From Octopus sinensis (lineage: Eukaryota): a stretch of DNA of 64,000 nt. Location of the stretch: positions 59,272,001 through 59,336,000 of the forward strand of contig NC_043004.1 of NCBI RefSeq assembly GCF_006345805.1, written 5' to 3'. The notes beneath the pieces were generated by a model, which did no database searches, had not been told where the DNA came from, and saw only the letters and a program-made list of their open reading frames with translations. The translations under genes and the position numbers were made by a program. Shown here one piece after another: positions 63,842-64,000 of this stretch (the first letter of the stretch is position 1; each line of letters opens with the position of its first letter).

Positions 63842-64000
63842 ATATTGGATTGTCCGGAAAGTTCGTGCCGATTTATAGTAGCTTACGTTTCGACTTATTT
63901 TGGAATATGGTTGAGTCCATAAAATGGGATTTGACTACACCTCCATTTAGAGCACAGTTTAAGCTATATTTTCGTGGAAGAAGGTATATATTCGTATAAC
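63842..64000 (+). mobile_element. Probable mariner 5' terminus (cut by window end)
   Basis: tattggattgtccggaaagttcgtgccgattt resembles mariner TIRs of the TA-TT(A/G)GGTTG type. No coding part lies in the window. Confidence 0.4.

Overview
AT-rich, microsatellite-dense eukaryotic non-coding DNA. It is most likely an octopus/cephalopod genome, inferred from the tRNA-derived SINE families and repeat landscape, not proven. Almost all of it is nested transposons: four SINE families, CR1-, RTE-, L1/Tx1- and R4/Dong-like LINE remnants, Tc1/mariner, hAT and Helitron elements, and three Penelope-like elements (PLEs). No secure host gene was found; there is one possible signal-peptide exon at ~49.5 kb. 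The main signal is a high density of hammerhead ribozyme (HHR) motifs. (1) A near-intact PLE (2402-7405) has a type I HHR in each pseudo-LTR. (2) A second PLE carries a variant HHR. (3) A ~363-nt HHR tandem unit (retrozyme-like, 36246-38845) has a complete ORF1-only, gag-like, half-L1-type element inserted into it with a 14-bp target-site duplication, so a CCHC-knuckle ORF lies between two HHRs. (4) Two homologous short elements (29.2 kb, 35.9 kb) carry all three hammerhead strands in a non-circularly permuted order, with compensatory base changes between the copies. All folds were assigned by eye and none is tested.
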